From Bigelowiella natans CCMP2755 (Eukaryota > Protista > Cercozoa), in assembly GCA_000320545.1 (NCBI GenBank), contig ADNK01001082.1, positions 1 through 64,000 on the forward strand: a stretch of 64,000 nt of DNA. Reading direction: 5' to 3'. A program made the position numbers and the translations under genes. The notes below the pieces were generated by a model that worked only from the letters and a program-made list of their open reading frames with translations, searched no databases and was not told the DNA's origin. Below are positions 10,715-24,823 of the stretch, piece after piece; within the stretch, counting starts at the first letter, position 1; every line of letters starts with the position of its first letter.

Positions 10715-12554
10715 CTAATTAAAGTTAAATCCGTTGTTGTTACCACCTCCCCCGTTATTGCTACTACCGAAGCCGCTATTATTATTGTTATTATTACCAA
10801 AACCAAATTGAAACTGCGACCCATCACCTCCCGTGGCAGGTGCTAGTTCATCATCACTTTTATCGTTGTTCTCGTCGGTGTCAAAGTACATCTGGAGAAT
10901 GTTGACGGCTTTATTGTAAATGTCTTCATTGTCGTGTCTCTGCAGGTCCTCGATGAGGTCCAATCCACCGCACTCCTCCACATGTTCCGCATACTTATTG
11001 GCTCCATCCCATTTGGGCATGTCTTTAACACCCACCCGTAATATGTTCTCTATTCCTTCTAGAGCAACCATAATGATTTTTGGATCGGGTGCTTTTAGTA
11101 ATTGACAGAGAGGAGCAGTCACCCCTTGCTGCACCAAGTAGCGAATTTGATCTTCATTGCCGCCGCATGTCGCGTTAGAGACGGCCCAGGCTGCCTCCTT
11201 TTTGATGTCGAACTCGGCATTCCGTAGGATTTCTACGAGGGAAGGGATGATGTTGGCCTTCTTCACTTCTTCAATTTGGCGGACATTTCCAGCGGTAATG
11301 TTGGATATGGTCCAGCACGTTTCTTTCCGAATGCTCTTCTTTGAACTCGATAGAAGCGATAGCAGGCAAGGCAGAGCCGCACAGCTTAAAATCACTTGCG
11401 TCTGAACGTCGTCACCGGTCACAATGTTTCCGACAGTACGAAGGGCGGGAGTGCGTACGTTATCGCTCTTATGCATTAGCAACTCCACCAAGCGTCGGCA
11501 CACACCAGACTCAATAACCGCCTGGATCTTCTGGTTGTCGGGTGCAGTATCGTCCGAGAGATACGACAGAGCCCAACAGGCGTCAGTCAGAACTTCAAAG
11601 TCCTTAATGTAAATAAGGTTAGCAAGGGTTCCGAGAGCTGGCTCAACCAGGTGGAAAGCAGGCTGTGGCTTGCCCCGACAGAAGTTGGATATGGTCCAGG
11701 TCGCGTTTCTTAACATCGTCAGCTTTGCATCCTGAGTGCAAAGCTTGAGGATTGGATGAAGCGCATTGTACTGCAGCACAAGGTCACGACATTCACAAGA
11801 GTCACCAGCGATGTTCCCAAGTGCCCACACTGACTGTTCGCGCACGTCTTCGTTCGGAGAAGCGAGGAGTTTGACAAAGATTGGAACAGCACCGTTCTTG
11901 ATTACGTGCTTGGTATGCTCGCTTGTACCGGACGCGATGTTTGTCAAAGCCCACGCTGCTTCGAACTGTAGATTGTAGTTACCATCCGATTTAAGTAAAT
12001 GAACCAAACGTGGAACCACTCCGCATTCGATAACTTGCTGAATAGGAGGATTTCGTTCTGTAGAACATATTGGGAGGAAAGAAAAAGAAGAATGTGAGCT
12101 ACTGTGTCGAAGTTCTTTCAACAATTCTTGTGCACGGAATCAAGCAAACTACATTTCTTGCGGATTAATATTGCAAGCATAGCACAGCTAATTTTTACAT
12201 ACCAATAGAAAGAAGTTTGCGAAAATTAGTGACGGCGTGATGCTGAGCCTGTGGATCCGCGGAATTGAGATTCCGAACCAGCTCAGGGAGGGCCTTCAAC
12301 TTCTCAGCGAGATCACCGTCCTGATACATTCCCTGTTGCATGCCAGTGGAGCCGAACCCCCCCGACCCCTGACCCCACTGTGCAGAGTTTCCGCCTTTCC
12401 TTTCCGCACGCATGCGGCGCTTGGCAAGTTGTTGCTCGCGCTTTTCCTTTCGAAGCTTGATGCTAATCTCATCGCGGCGCCTTCGGGACTCCTCCGGGTC
12501 AATACCTTTTTTGAACTGCTTCGCGCGCCCACTCTTTCCGCTATCTCTAAACAT
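10715..12554 (-). CDS. IMPA: Importin subunit alpha (karyopherin alpha), 2 exons (12554-12203, 12057-10715)
   Basis: IBB domain ([34 protein letters not shown]) and ARM repeats ([46 protein letters not shown]). GT..AG intron 12202-12058 joins KLLSI|ERNPPI. Confidence 0.98.
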
Positions 12555-14591
12555 TTGGCAGTCCTAATTCGTCGTGCCTGTTCAAGGAAATAATCACAAC
12601 CAGTTCTCAGTACACTCTCAAATACTCCCGCGGGCTTTTCTGATGTGGAACAGATTGTAAGCTTAACATATTTACGACTAGCAGTCGAAATGAAGTGAAG
12701 AAATGAGAGCAGAAAATCTGTCTCTCCTCGAATTAACTATCAAGGAAGAGACATTAACCAAATTCGGAAGACGCTAGGCAAGGTAGCGCTCCCCTTCCGA
12801 TTAGTTAAGGCGGAAGTATAGGACAAAAATATACATATTCTTGGAAGAAAGGTTGAACGTGTAGCAAAATTCTGCATAGGACACAGGATTGGAATGGTGG
12901 GGGAAGGCCAACCTGACAGAGATGGAGTTCGAGGTGTTTCCGCTCACAGCAGCCCGCTCTCCCTCCTTTTTTCTGAAGGTGCACTTTTAAGCCTTTCGAC
13001 CCGAAGGCGAAATTTATAGATTCCAAAATTTAGCTATAATCTTGTATTACGACATCATTTATTTAAAGACGTAGCACAAATTTTAACATAAGAATGCAAA
13101 GGTTTTGCTTGCTCTGACGTATGAAACACTACGCGCCACATTTTGCAGACTTAAAATATGCCATTTTCAATAAATTTTCAGATTATACACCACATCTATG
13201 AAATACAACAAATAAAAATTTGCTTTTAAGCGTTAGAACACAAACATAATTTTCTAGGATGCCGCAATACTATTCTGAAATTTGAATATGGAATTATCAA
13301 ACTATATTTGCCATCCGTCAGTACATTTAGCAGAGGAATTACATTATATTATCACATAATTAGCAAATTAATAGTTGTCTTACTAATAACTTATGTTGAA
13401 TTCTATTATATAAGCTAAGACCCGGATACCTTTACTATATCTTGTAAGAAACTCTTCCATGTGTGCTGCTGTCCAAGCTCAAATATAACTTTTTCCTCGG
13501 CCTCTGAATTCCGACAGTGCTTAAATTATGACAAATAAGTGCGTCTACCCTCTATATTTGTCTCTCCTATTGTATTAGATGTCAAAAAAATAATTTGGAT
13601 TCCTCTGAGATTGTCGCTGCTTCTGAAAACTACCTCGAACTTTTATTAAGACAAAGTTGTCCGACCGAAATATTATTCCCGCATATTTGCCCTTTAATGT
13701 CAGCTTACGCTCTATTCCAGATAAAATTATGTGGCATTTATTACTATTTTACTTTTTCGTTGCTGCTTTCTGAATACGGAGCATTTTCTCTTCAAAAATG
13801 TCCTATATTTCTAATATTTAGTTCAATTAAAGCATTAGCAAAAACCAACCCAAAAGCACGCAACGACATCCTTTTCCAAAAAATACAAAGAAGTATTCTT
13901 AATTGTTTTTTTTACAAGATAAGTGAATTATGAGTACTTATCCATAATAATCTCCTCAAATTACATTATAATTATGCACTGTCCACCGGCCACATTCATT
14001 AAATAAAATTTCGTCTTGAGCTTGAAAAAATGGCCGGGGGTAATCCCTCTTAATGACGCTATTGCCGGTACCACAAAACTTTTACGAAAATATAGTGAAT
14101 TGATTGTGGAAATGTATGACACAAATTCAACGTATTTAGTCATCTCCATTTATGAATTTTATTAAATATGCATGTAATTGATTTCCTTATGGCTATCATG
14201 CACTTCATAATTACATAAAATAAAATTATTTTGAAATTATTAATGGAGTAAATTGATCTTATTATTACTTTATGAATTACATTCTCGATATAATATTTTT
14301 TATAATTTAGGTAAACCAATTTCATGGGTTAAGGCAAAATAATATGATTGTCGTATTATAATTATCTCCAATTTTTAAAAAGTCATCGAAAAAAACTCAT
14401 AGATTTGATTATCTGAGAAGAGACCCATCTTAAATGCAGGCTAATCTTAACAAATGCAAAAGTCAGAAACTATTTCAGAATATGTTTACATATTATAATA
14501 ACGACATGGATTGATTGATGTCGTAATTTTCTTACTCTCTGTTTGCCTTCTGTCCGGGGAATCTTGTTGTCTTAAATTAGTTCAGTGTGCG

Positions 14592-15831
14592 ATGGCCGCC
14601 CCCCCCTCCCGCATGTCCACCATGGCTTCTCTGGCCCTTAACATTGTCCTCGCAATTACTGCGCTCGTCGTCCTTATCCACACACACTACAATAGCAACG
14701 ACAACTTGGCTCTTTCCTTCGTTCAGAGAGGTACCTGTAGCGCCTTCGAATCGATCGATGACATGCAACTGAATTGTGGTCGTAGAAATTAGACAAAAGA
14801 TTTTGATGTCCATCGAAAACCATCCGAATCCTGATCAATATCCCACATGACTCTTTCATTTCGCAAAGCCTGCTCGGACGTTATACTCGCATTCGAAATA
14901 GACTTTTTGAATAAACGCACTTACACACCCACTACTTTGACAGGAGACGCAATTTTCGAAGAAGCTGTCCTAGTTTTGATACCAATTTATCTTTTAACGT
15001 TTAGGTCCGGTTGTAAGCGCTCCATTGATGCATATGCGTGCTCCCACTTCATCCCGAGGATTAACCCCATGCGTTAGAAGGGCTGTCACTGATGCCAAAG
15101 ACCTGAGAAAGCTGAACGACGATCAAATTCTTGATGAAATTGCGGAGTCTACCCGAGAACTTTTGGTTCTTCGAATGGCACAAAGCAATAGAAGGGTATT
15201 TAAAACTAGGGAAGTATGATAAGTGCGTTGTAGGGTTTGCCTTTAGATATGAGATCCTATATTATGATACTGAAGTTATTGTTTTCCCTTTCTCAGGAAG
15301 TGAAATCAAGCGATTTTGGGCTTCACAAGAAAAAGATTGCACAGCTTAAAACCATTCAGGTTTGGTCGATGATGAATGAAATTGATTTCATATACTATCA
15401 TTGAGAGAGATTTCCATACGGAAGTAGAAATCCGTAATTGGACGGTTCATCCTTGTAAGGCTGCACATCACACATCCACATCCGCCTTCATATTTTACCG
15501 AAAATTTCATTTTGAATATCATAATTTAACCACTTTTTCTGCATCAAATATGTATTCGTATTGTCGATGCGTAGAGGGAGCGCGAGATTGCTAACGGTGT
15601 TGGCAAGCGAGAGTCTAGAAACATGAAGAAGAAGGCATACAGGTGATCCCTTTCATTTATATCTCTCGTCTTTCTTAAAGTTCCATAGTGCGGAAGTAAA
15701 TACTACCCTCAGACCTATTTCAAATCTTGTTAATTTTGAGAGACTGGTGCATCTCACGATTTTCGTTACTTAGGAATATGGACATCCTCAAGCGTATCCG
15801 CAAGTTCGAACAGCCTGCTGACGATGAATAG
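14592..15831 (+). CDS. rpl29: Nucleus-encoded plastid 50S ribosomal protein L29 with bipartite targeting leader, 5 exons
   Basis: Mature part AKDLRKLNDDQILDEIAESTRELLVLRMAQSNRR|EVKSSDFGLHKKKIAQLKTIQ|REREIANGVGKRESR matches green-lineage plastid L29. It is preceded by a hydrophobic signal (SLALNIVLAITALVVLI) and an R/S/P-rich transit-like segment. Confidence 0.92.
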
Positions 15832-15899
15832 ATGTATTGTTCGCTACTCGGGGGAAATTGTTACACTATAACCCGTAGGATAGAGCCGCATATTGCTCA

Positions 15900-17700
15900 T
15901 TGTGTGGCATGTGCATGAATAATATTCATGAATCATCTTCAAGATGGGGTACAATGCTAGAATGGGATTCTGTTACATCTGTTTTTATTATGTGATGTGG
16001 CTTGCGCATGGATCTGCATCCATCTCTAAATCTCGCCATGCACACATGCACACTCTCTACTGCATGGTGTGCTTGCAAATGACAGCAAATGTTGAAGCAC
16101 TAGAGCACAGCACACACAGTACTAGAGTACTAGAGCATGCTAGTACTGAGTCTAGACGTACTACGTATACGCTAGTGCGGGGCAGCCGCCAGCAGTTCTG
16201 CATGAGTTGTGCGATGCGTGGCCATTGAAGCCTTTCGAACGTGATGAGAAACAACGCTCGAGCAAGTTTCAGGGCGCACGCGCGCGCATTTCCTGCTCTG
16301 CATGCGGTTTTGCAGGGTTTTTCCAACCCTTAGATTTGGAAAAACCTCACGCTGTTGTGAACACGACAACTCGATCCAATGACATGTGAATGTGCAATTG
16401 AGCATCGCACAGACTTTTAGCACACCAATGTTGCACACGGTTTGAATTTCGGAGCAAAAAAATATTTTTTTGAGAATGAACGTCGCGTTGCAAAAAAAAT
16501 TCAAAATCGATTTTTTGCACATTCCGCGCAACAATGTGCAATGCATCTCATGCAAGGGCCAGTAGCAGTAGTAGTAGTAGCAGCAAATAGCAGTAGCAGC
16601 TGTAGCCAAAGAAACAGTGGTGCATGCACGTACGAAAAAAGAGGGAAATTAAGAACATCAAATCCTCCTCCTCCTCCTCCTCCTCCTCAGTGATGCAATG
16701 TTGCGAGCGCGAGCGAAACTGGCGAAGCGGCTTTGGCGGTCATTTGAAGGTGTTTGAGCGCACCAGAAGCCACCAGGAGCTCGTCAGAGTCCACCAGAGT
16801 GCATTCGCAATGTGTGGAATGTTTTTTTGTGGTTTTCCAAGCTTTTTGATGAAATTTGGTGCGCCCACCATGCTCGCAAAGCCGATGTTGCAAGTTTCTG
16901 CTGGTTGTGTATGATCTGACACAACCAGGCCAGCAGGCATGCTAGCATGCATGAGGCTGCCACACAATTCCAAGCGCATCTTCCCAGAGACGCCTGGCTG
17001 GCTAGCTCACAATGCAACTCCGTCATGTGCGCGCAAATGACCCTGCAACGACTGCTGGGTTTGGCACACAAACCATGCTTTGCGCGCGCGGCCTGCTGGC
17101 GCGCTCAATCGTTGCAATTGGACACATTGGAAGCACACTGCTAGATTTTACTAGTAAAACCTGCTAGCCTGTTTGAAGAAGTTCAAATTTGATTTTTTTT
17201 TTCGAATGCCAGCTTCAAAACCTCACTTTTCAACGCCTGCTAGCCTGCCAGCGCTAGAGCGTGAAATGCTCCCCACTTCTGAAACAGCTGGCGCAGTTGC
17301 ACTTGCTGTGCCACCAGTTTTTTGCAAGCACACGAGGCCAGCGCACACCAGCTTCACATGCTTGCAAAATTTCAGCACAAAAACGCAAAAATTGCTCTCA
17401 ATTGAGAGGTCATGCCACTCTAGCTAGGCTAGCACTCGTCACAGGTTTGATGGAGTTGTACTGCATGGGAACGAATGAGCCTCGATCTGCACGACGCTAG
17501 GATAGTAGTGGTCCATGCTACACATTAGCATGTTGCCAGCAGTCTACACGAACGCGGCGAGTACATATGCTAGGCCTAGTCATGCTAGCACGTGTGCATG
17601 CCACAATGCACGAACGTAGCGAACGTGTGTATGATTGCATTGAGACGGAGCTGATTGGAAATTTTCGGACTAGAAAGATTGATAATAGATCAATCTAGAT
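15900..17700. other. Tail-to-tail spacer (rpl29/SCAMP): TpA-depleted island with palindromes, possibly a degenerate non-autonomous element
   Basis: No TpA in 16652-16909. 16068-16179 is CC/GG-free and CTAG-rich. Several short inverted repeats at 16317-16520. Confidence 0.75.
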
Positions 17701-18019
17701 ACTTTGTAGATGTATAGTACATGTCACATTATACAAAAAGTATTTTGTAGACACACAAACACACACACACACACACATGACATAATACAGCACACACGCG
17801 CACATAAAGAGAGAAGGGGGCAGGGGGACAGCGGGTGCCGAAAGAATGGAATGAAATTTACTTGTTTAGGTACAGACACATATAAAAACTACTCTGTACG
17901 GTGCACAGCATCCCCATCACCATATTGGAGATTGATTATCTCCAACATGAATCCTAACAGTGTGTGTATTTGTCGCAGCCTTGTTATTATTTTTATTATT
18001 ATTATTCATATTATTATCA

Positions 18020-18145
18020 TTATGCCACGGAGCCCCTAACAACCTCAGCAGCCACGGGGCCTAAAGTGTCGCGCACTTCATTGCGAAGCTGTTGTGTTAT
18101 ACTCGTCATGTCCACACCCTAATCAAACAGTCATCCGGCGTTATA

Positions 18146-18184
<39 letters not shown>

Positions 18185-19430
18185 TCGCAGCAAAAGAATC
18201 AATTCTCACACTATTTTTAAAAGGAAATCAGTCCCTGCAAAATAGTATTCATGACGACGCACGAGGTCGACATTGGAAATAAAATTGGTGTTTATGGTCA
18301 TGATAAAAATTAATATCATCTTAGTTCTTCATACCTCCTTCCCCCACTCATTTTGAACTTTTTTAAAGTTGAGCACCGAAAGTATAGCAGTTGCACCCCA
18401 GCCGATCATCGCTAAGAATGTCACGAATGCGGATTTGGGATTTCCCACCGCAAACTGCTGCACCATTGTCATTAGTCCACCCGCCGCACAATTGGGCAAG
18501 CCGAGAGCCATTACCACAACGAAGAAGCAGTGGAATGCAAACGATATCACGAAGCAGAAGTACCTATAGTAACCACCAGTAACAACAACAACTAAAACGA
18601 CAACAACAATATTGACGTTTGTTGTCTCTATCGTTTATTCGGTGTACTCATCGTCTTCGATCAGCCAGTAGCGACTACTTGCTAATACTGCTACTACTAC
18701 TACTACCCCCACCACTGCTTGCTGGCTGGCTATTGTGCGTGGTTGATGTTTTGGTTGTTATTCTTCTGACCTAAGCGTGGTTTTGTCTCGATATGCAAAG
18801 TATATTGGTCGATACCTGAAGAAGAAAGAGAAAACAATTGTTCACCGACGGAGACCAGAGAAAGTATCATTATCATCACAATATCATCAAGGGAAATCTC
18901 AGCTTTCAATATCATCGAGTTTCACCTTCACCATCATCATCATCGTCGTCATCCTCCTCCTCCTCACCATCATCATAATCATCACCTTCACCATTTAGAC
19001 TTAACACACTACTTACCACAGCTTCCAAGCTCCTGGAATACCGATAAGATACATGGTTCCCCATAGAGTATAAGAAGGGCCACTTTGATCGCCCGAGAAC
19101 CATATTCCGAGCTGTACAAACACACGCATGAAGTAAAGTACATTATGTAAATCTTGTGATAAGTGACATGTATTTGTCCCCTTCTCATCCCAAGCACGAC
19201 AAGACTGAGAGCGATGACAGTCGTACGGAGCATTTTTTGGCATAATTGCCCTTAAAATATAGATATTATGAATGTGTTATGATACTACTAAGTGGGATAA
19301 TAGTACCATAGCGATCCAATTGATGAAGAGGGCTCCCCATGTCATCAGAAGGTTCATATATAGCCGTTTCATCATCGCTTTCTTGCCAGAGGGAATCTCC
19401 TCGTCAATATCATGATACTCTATAGCATAC

Positions 19431-19514
<84 letters not shown>

Positions 19515-21190
19515 CGAGAGAGAGAGAGAAGGGTTACTTTGGTAGTATTTTTAGAATACACAGGCCGAGAAAAGAAAACACTCACACGAACTCACACACA
19601 CACATACGCACGCAACTAATACGTGCCAATAATAATATCTAATTCGTGTCAATAATAACATCTGTCTAAAGCACACACGTTCTTCTCGACAAGCTATGAA
19701 TTAGCATTCCAAATATTACCATTCAAACGGCCAGTTTGGTTTTAAGTGCTTGATCTCACGCTCCACCATACCTAGCTCGGCTTCTCGACGTCGTAGCTGC
19801 TCTTCCCGTTCCTTTAAAGCCTGTTATGAGTAATGATGATGATGATTACAACGACGATGATGGTGGTAGTGGTGGTGGCGGTGGCGGCGAAAAATGATGA
19901 TAATGACAATGATCCTATATCAAGAAATAATGTCAACACGCACACAATAAATAAATATATATATATATATTTTTAAATTCATACCCACACCATATGATGC
20001 ATCCCCCCCCCCCCCCCCCCCACACACACACAATATGCTATGTTAACGTGTGTAAAACATAGTTGCTCGTACCCTCTCCCGTTCCGATATGTCCCCCCGT
20101 GGCTGTTCCACCGGTCTCGTCGCTTGGAAAACAACGGAAGACAAGAAGTAAAAAGTAGTGTGCTAAGCTGTTGAATAACATTGTCATGTGAAAGATTTCT
20201 TGTCTATGCAACTACCCTATATTAAAACTCAAATATGTATTAAAGTTAAAATGGGTATATATAGAAATTAAAAAGAGTAGTACACCCATAATAAATTAGA
20301 ACAGTTGGGGAAAAGAGAACAACACGATATGTACAAAATGCCTCATAAAGCGTAAAATCACATTATAAATCAATTTTGAAAGAGAATGAGAATGAAGGGG
20401 CCTACTCACATTCGCGGCTATTCTTTGTCTGGCCAATCTTGGCCTCGGGGACGGTGTCAGTGACGTCTACAGCCTCGCAATCATCTCCGATGCCTGAGGA
20501 GCAACAAAACGTGGAAAGTAAGATAACGACCAAAGCTGAGCCTCTGCAACGGCGAATCTCATAAATAGAGAATAAATTTAACGTAAGGGTATGAGTAAAA
20601 TTGGCCGCATTCGTTACATATTATACCAACAACCTCAATTCGTGACAACCGAGTTATACCTGTTCCATAGGAGGAAGCAGCAGGTTTACTGGCAGCTTTT
20701 TGTTTCTGTGGTCTAAAAAACGTCATAGTCTCCCCTGATCTGTGAGGAGGTGGCATCAATTGGGAAGGTGTTACAAACGAGCAAATTTTAGATCCGCTGG
20801 ACATCTCGTTTGCTTCCGTGGGGGGGGGGGGGTTGTCGGAAACGCTAACACGGACAATAAGCAGCTAGAACTTATTTCCAGCATTGATGCGGTAGCATTC
20901 TCCTAAATCATATTGTTCGCTCGAAAATTAATCTTTGAAAAATCACCACTGTCACTGGTAGCGGAAACCTTTCGTCATACTACTATCACTATGTGGAGCT
21001 TTCTCCTTTCTCTTTCCATGCCCTAAACCGGGAATTCTCTCAAATGAAAAGGTACAAATGGCCCAACTCGAAAGGAAGATAAACTAGGTGCGGATAGGCT
21101 AGCTAATGATTTGAATTACCGGCTAATTGGTGTGTAATACTCTGTTTTGGAAGGGGGGTCCCTCTTCGCGAAGGGATTGACGCCGTCCAT
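18020..21190 (-). CDS. SCAMP: Secretory carrier-associated membrane protein (SCAMP)
   Basis: N-terminal MDGVNPFAK (NPF motif), coiled coil KEREEQLRRREAEL..KPNWPF, YHDIDEEIP, transmembrane exons (LLMTWGALFINWIAM; FAFHCFFVVVMALGLP), and last exon GVDMTS..RGSVA*. The first-exon junction is not fully resolved. Confidence 0.9.
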
Positions 21191-21451
21191 CGTTGCTCTT
21201 TTCTGATTTAAGACCGTTCCTCCTTACTGCAAAGCTCAATCGACTTGCATTTCATCAAAAGGAGAAGAATATTTGATGTCGCGATCTACTAATACATTGC
21301 ACATTTGTCCCGGACACTCAGAAAGCATGTTCGGTTCTAAAAACACAAATGCCATGTCTTTGTGCCCTACGACAATACAATTCGGAGTTTTCTTCTAGCT
21401 TCCGTCTCTTCTTCCCTCTCTCGTCCGTAATCGATCGTACCCCCACCTGTG
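21191..21451. promoter_or_regulatory. Putative bidirectional promoter (SCAMP/FHIT)
   Basis: Divergent start codons lie only about 260 nt apart. Inferred from position only. Confidence 0.6.
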
Positions 21452-21674
21452 ATGCGAGTTGCAATGCTCTTCAGGCGGTTCCGCCTCAGGACGCAGCGAA
21501 GGCACCAGGTAGCTGAATTCAATATGATCCTGGATTTGTAAGGGGAGGAGGAGTCTGTTCGGACCGCTGATGTACTGTGTGATTTTCTAGGTTATCACTG
21601 CCATTACGTCTGGCTTGCTTGTTGTCGGGTGTGTGCACCACATCGGTTTCAGGGGACTTCCAGGCAATTCCTCC

Positions 21675-21760
<86 letters not shown>

Positions 21761-23108
21761 ACACAACACAAAACACGCTCGCGGGCATGGGCAATAACGT
21801 AGCACTAAAGACAATGATAATGACGGTCACGATCATGACAGCAGGATTTGGAACAAAGGCTTTATCCACCGCTACTGCAGCAGGTGGTGAACACCATGAT
21901 ATATATATTATCATTGTGAAATCAAATAGTTTAATCTAAGCAATAGTTATCGGAATTAAAAAAAAAAATCTTGTCAGGGGCTGAAAGCTCCGTCATGTTT
22001 GGTCGATTCAAACTCTCGAGTGAAAATCAGGTGAACATAAGGAGAGTAGTAGCTAGGAGTATTATATTACAAATTAAGTTGTCCACTTCCTTGATAACGA
22101 CTGGGACTCAATCAATACTTATAAGATTGCGAAATAACATCAGGTGTTCTACGCATCAAAGCATTGTCTTGGAATCGTGAATTTGAAGGTTGATCTTGCA
22201 CGTAGAAGTAGTTGCATTTTAGCAGCAGCAATAACAACAGCAGGGAGGACATAGAGCGTTCTGTCCTCCTGAGTTACAGATCTGCTTTTTGCTCATATTC
22301 GTGTTCTTTGACGACTGTTTTGGTGCTGGCATGTTAAACCACCACCTCTAGCCCATCGTTCCAGGGCACGTCTTGGTCATTCCGAAACGCGTCGCTCCGA
22401 GGCTCATGGACCTTACCGATGAGGTAGTACAACAGAGAATCTATTTTGGTCTATAGATAGATACTCTTTACTTATTGTAAACAACCGATTACTTTCCTTC
22501 TGCAGCAATACTTCCTTTATTCCACAGCAAGGGAGAGTACCAATCGATGACCCCTATAAGTAGATTATTGCGAGTCCATCCCACTCGTGGCCACTATTAC
22601 AAGAACTACTATTATTACTGTAACAGTAATGACCACTACTTTGCCTACTACTGCTGCTGCTACTACTACTACTAATGCCAGGAGTCGCAGGACTTAATGA
22701 ACAGCGTAAGGAAAATCTCGCCCAAAATTGAGGAGCACTATAAGGCAACGGCACTCAATATTGCCATGCAGGTAGCAAATACGACATCATCGTTCAATTT
22801 CTATGCAACCCCCTTCCTACCTACGCACCAAGTAGTAGTAGTAGTAGTAGTCGTCGTCGTCGTCGTCGTCATCGTAGTAAAATATCAATCTTGATGATAG
22901 AAACGAACCCAACTTTGAAGACAGACAACAGAAAGACAGACAGACCTTAGATAGAGAATGTAGTTGCTGCTACAAGACAAGAACCCATTTTTACAAAATT
23001 GAGAAAACATTCAAGTAGAACCATTTTCTACGTGGAGAACCTTTCAAATTTTGCGGTATACATATTACAATGTGCCATCATTAACTCTCTCTCGCTCTCG
23101 CTCTCTTT

Positions 23109-23155
<47 letters not shown>

Positions 23156-23784
23156 TTATATTGTGTAGGATGGGAAAGATGCTGGGCAATCGGTTCCACA
23201 TGTACATATCCACATACTGCCGCGGATTCCAAGTAGTTAATATTAATAAGCAGCATCAATTTTATAGAATACTAGTTTATGCAGGCATTGTCATTTAACG
23301 CGTGCCACTGATGGTATTGCAGTTGCAATGAACAACTATTAAGAGCTCCTATTGTGATTTGACCGATCCATCATTTCCCAGAGGATATTGAGCCAAATGA
23401 CAAGGTTTATGAAGCTATTGAAAGCTGGAATCAGAAAGGAGGCGCTGTTGCGCCGGTAACGAAACAAAGAAAAGCTAAATTAGAGGTACGTACAAGTGTT
23501 AGAAGTGGAGGAGGGAACATGATCAAGCTGCTGTCGTGCACAAACTATAAGCACTGGTCTATGATGGATGATTGTAGGGTTATTATTTCCAAATCTTGTA
23601 CGTATTGCTCAACTAGTCAATGTTACAATGAAATGATTTAGCGGCTGCTCTAAAATATGCATCCTCGTGCATGCAGGTTCCTAAGGATGAAGACAGAAAG
23701 CCACGTACCATGGAGGAGATGGGAATCGAAGCAAGAGAATTAAGAGCACTCTTCCCAGACAATAATGTGCCTCCAATGACCTAG
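21452..23784 (+). CDS. FHIT: FHIT-type HIT hydrolase (bis(5'-adenosyl)-triphosphatase) with N-terminal leader
   Basis: MFGRFKL..QVFYASKHCLGIVNLK|PIVPGHVLVIPKR, ALNIAMQ|DGKDAGQSVPHVHIHILPR (HIT motif HxHxH), NDKVYE, and RKPRTMEEMGIEARELR. Confidence 0.95.
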
Positions 23785-24455
23785 TTTTGATGACACGACT
23801 TCAAGACGGTCATATAGCTTGCAATGTTGCGAGCGAGCGCTATGAGAGAAATTAATGATAAAGAGCGAGCTCGTCGCTCTGCTTATTCTAGACAAATCGA
23901 GAGCTGCATGCATGTGCATGCGCCTTTCATCACGCCGCCATCGCATCTAGTGCTAGCATGTTCGATTCAGCGTACAAATGTGATAAGCTATAGCGAGCGC
24001 ACCGTTGTAATTTAAGAAAAAGCGTTCATCTCGTAGCACATGGTACGTCGCTATACTGCGTACAGTCTCTGCATGGCCGACTCGATGATTTTACTCCATT
24101 CTTCGATTAGTCTCGTGTGTTTGCTCTAATATAAGCGGTACGCATGCGTGTACGTACCCGCATGATTGAAGCGCTCACATGTATCCTATTTGATATATTA
24201 TTGAACTTGCTAGCAGCTGTACATATATGTATATCAATGCTCCATTGCATGATGGTATAGATCTAGAATTACCAAATACATGCGCGAGCACTTTGTGTTG
24301 GGTATAAGTCTTCATATTATTCGCTTGTCATAGCCACTTCCACACCGCTGTACATAGCAAGTAAACGATGAGGAATTGTACGTGCAGAGAGATAAATAGC
24401 GAAGAAGCAAACCGACTCGAAGCAAGTGGCATATGGATGGAAACGGAGGCCATTG

Positions 24456-24784
24456 TTAAGAAGCCCTAACTTTCGCCTTGCTAGCAGTGCTTTCTGCTAC
24501 GGGAATGATCTTGTACAAAGAGGAATGCTCAATCTCATATCGTTCGTTTACAGTCCTGCAGCAAAACGACAACATTGACAAGAAGTTACAATAACACGCA
24601 ATCTGGCACCCAATAGATGAGCTCATTAAAAATGCTGAGCATAATATTATGCCATGGTGTTAGGGATTAACACTGCTCTTTACATCTACGGAACTGCGAC
24701 TCGGTGCCGCGGAACAAATCGCCGAAATGCCAATCATCGAAACCACACAAACATTCATGCATCCATTTGTGCGTGAGCGTGCGC

Positions 24785-24823
<39 letters not shown>

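Noticed and set aside
10715-10830. FG/N-rich tail of importin-alpha as a nucleoporin-like fusion
   Set aside because: FGF..FNF tails are common in importin-alpha proteins.
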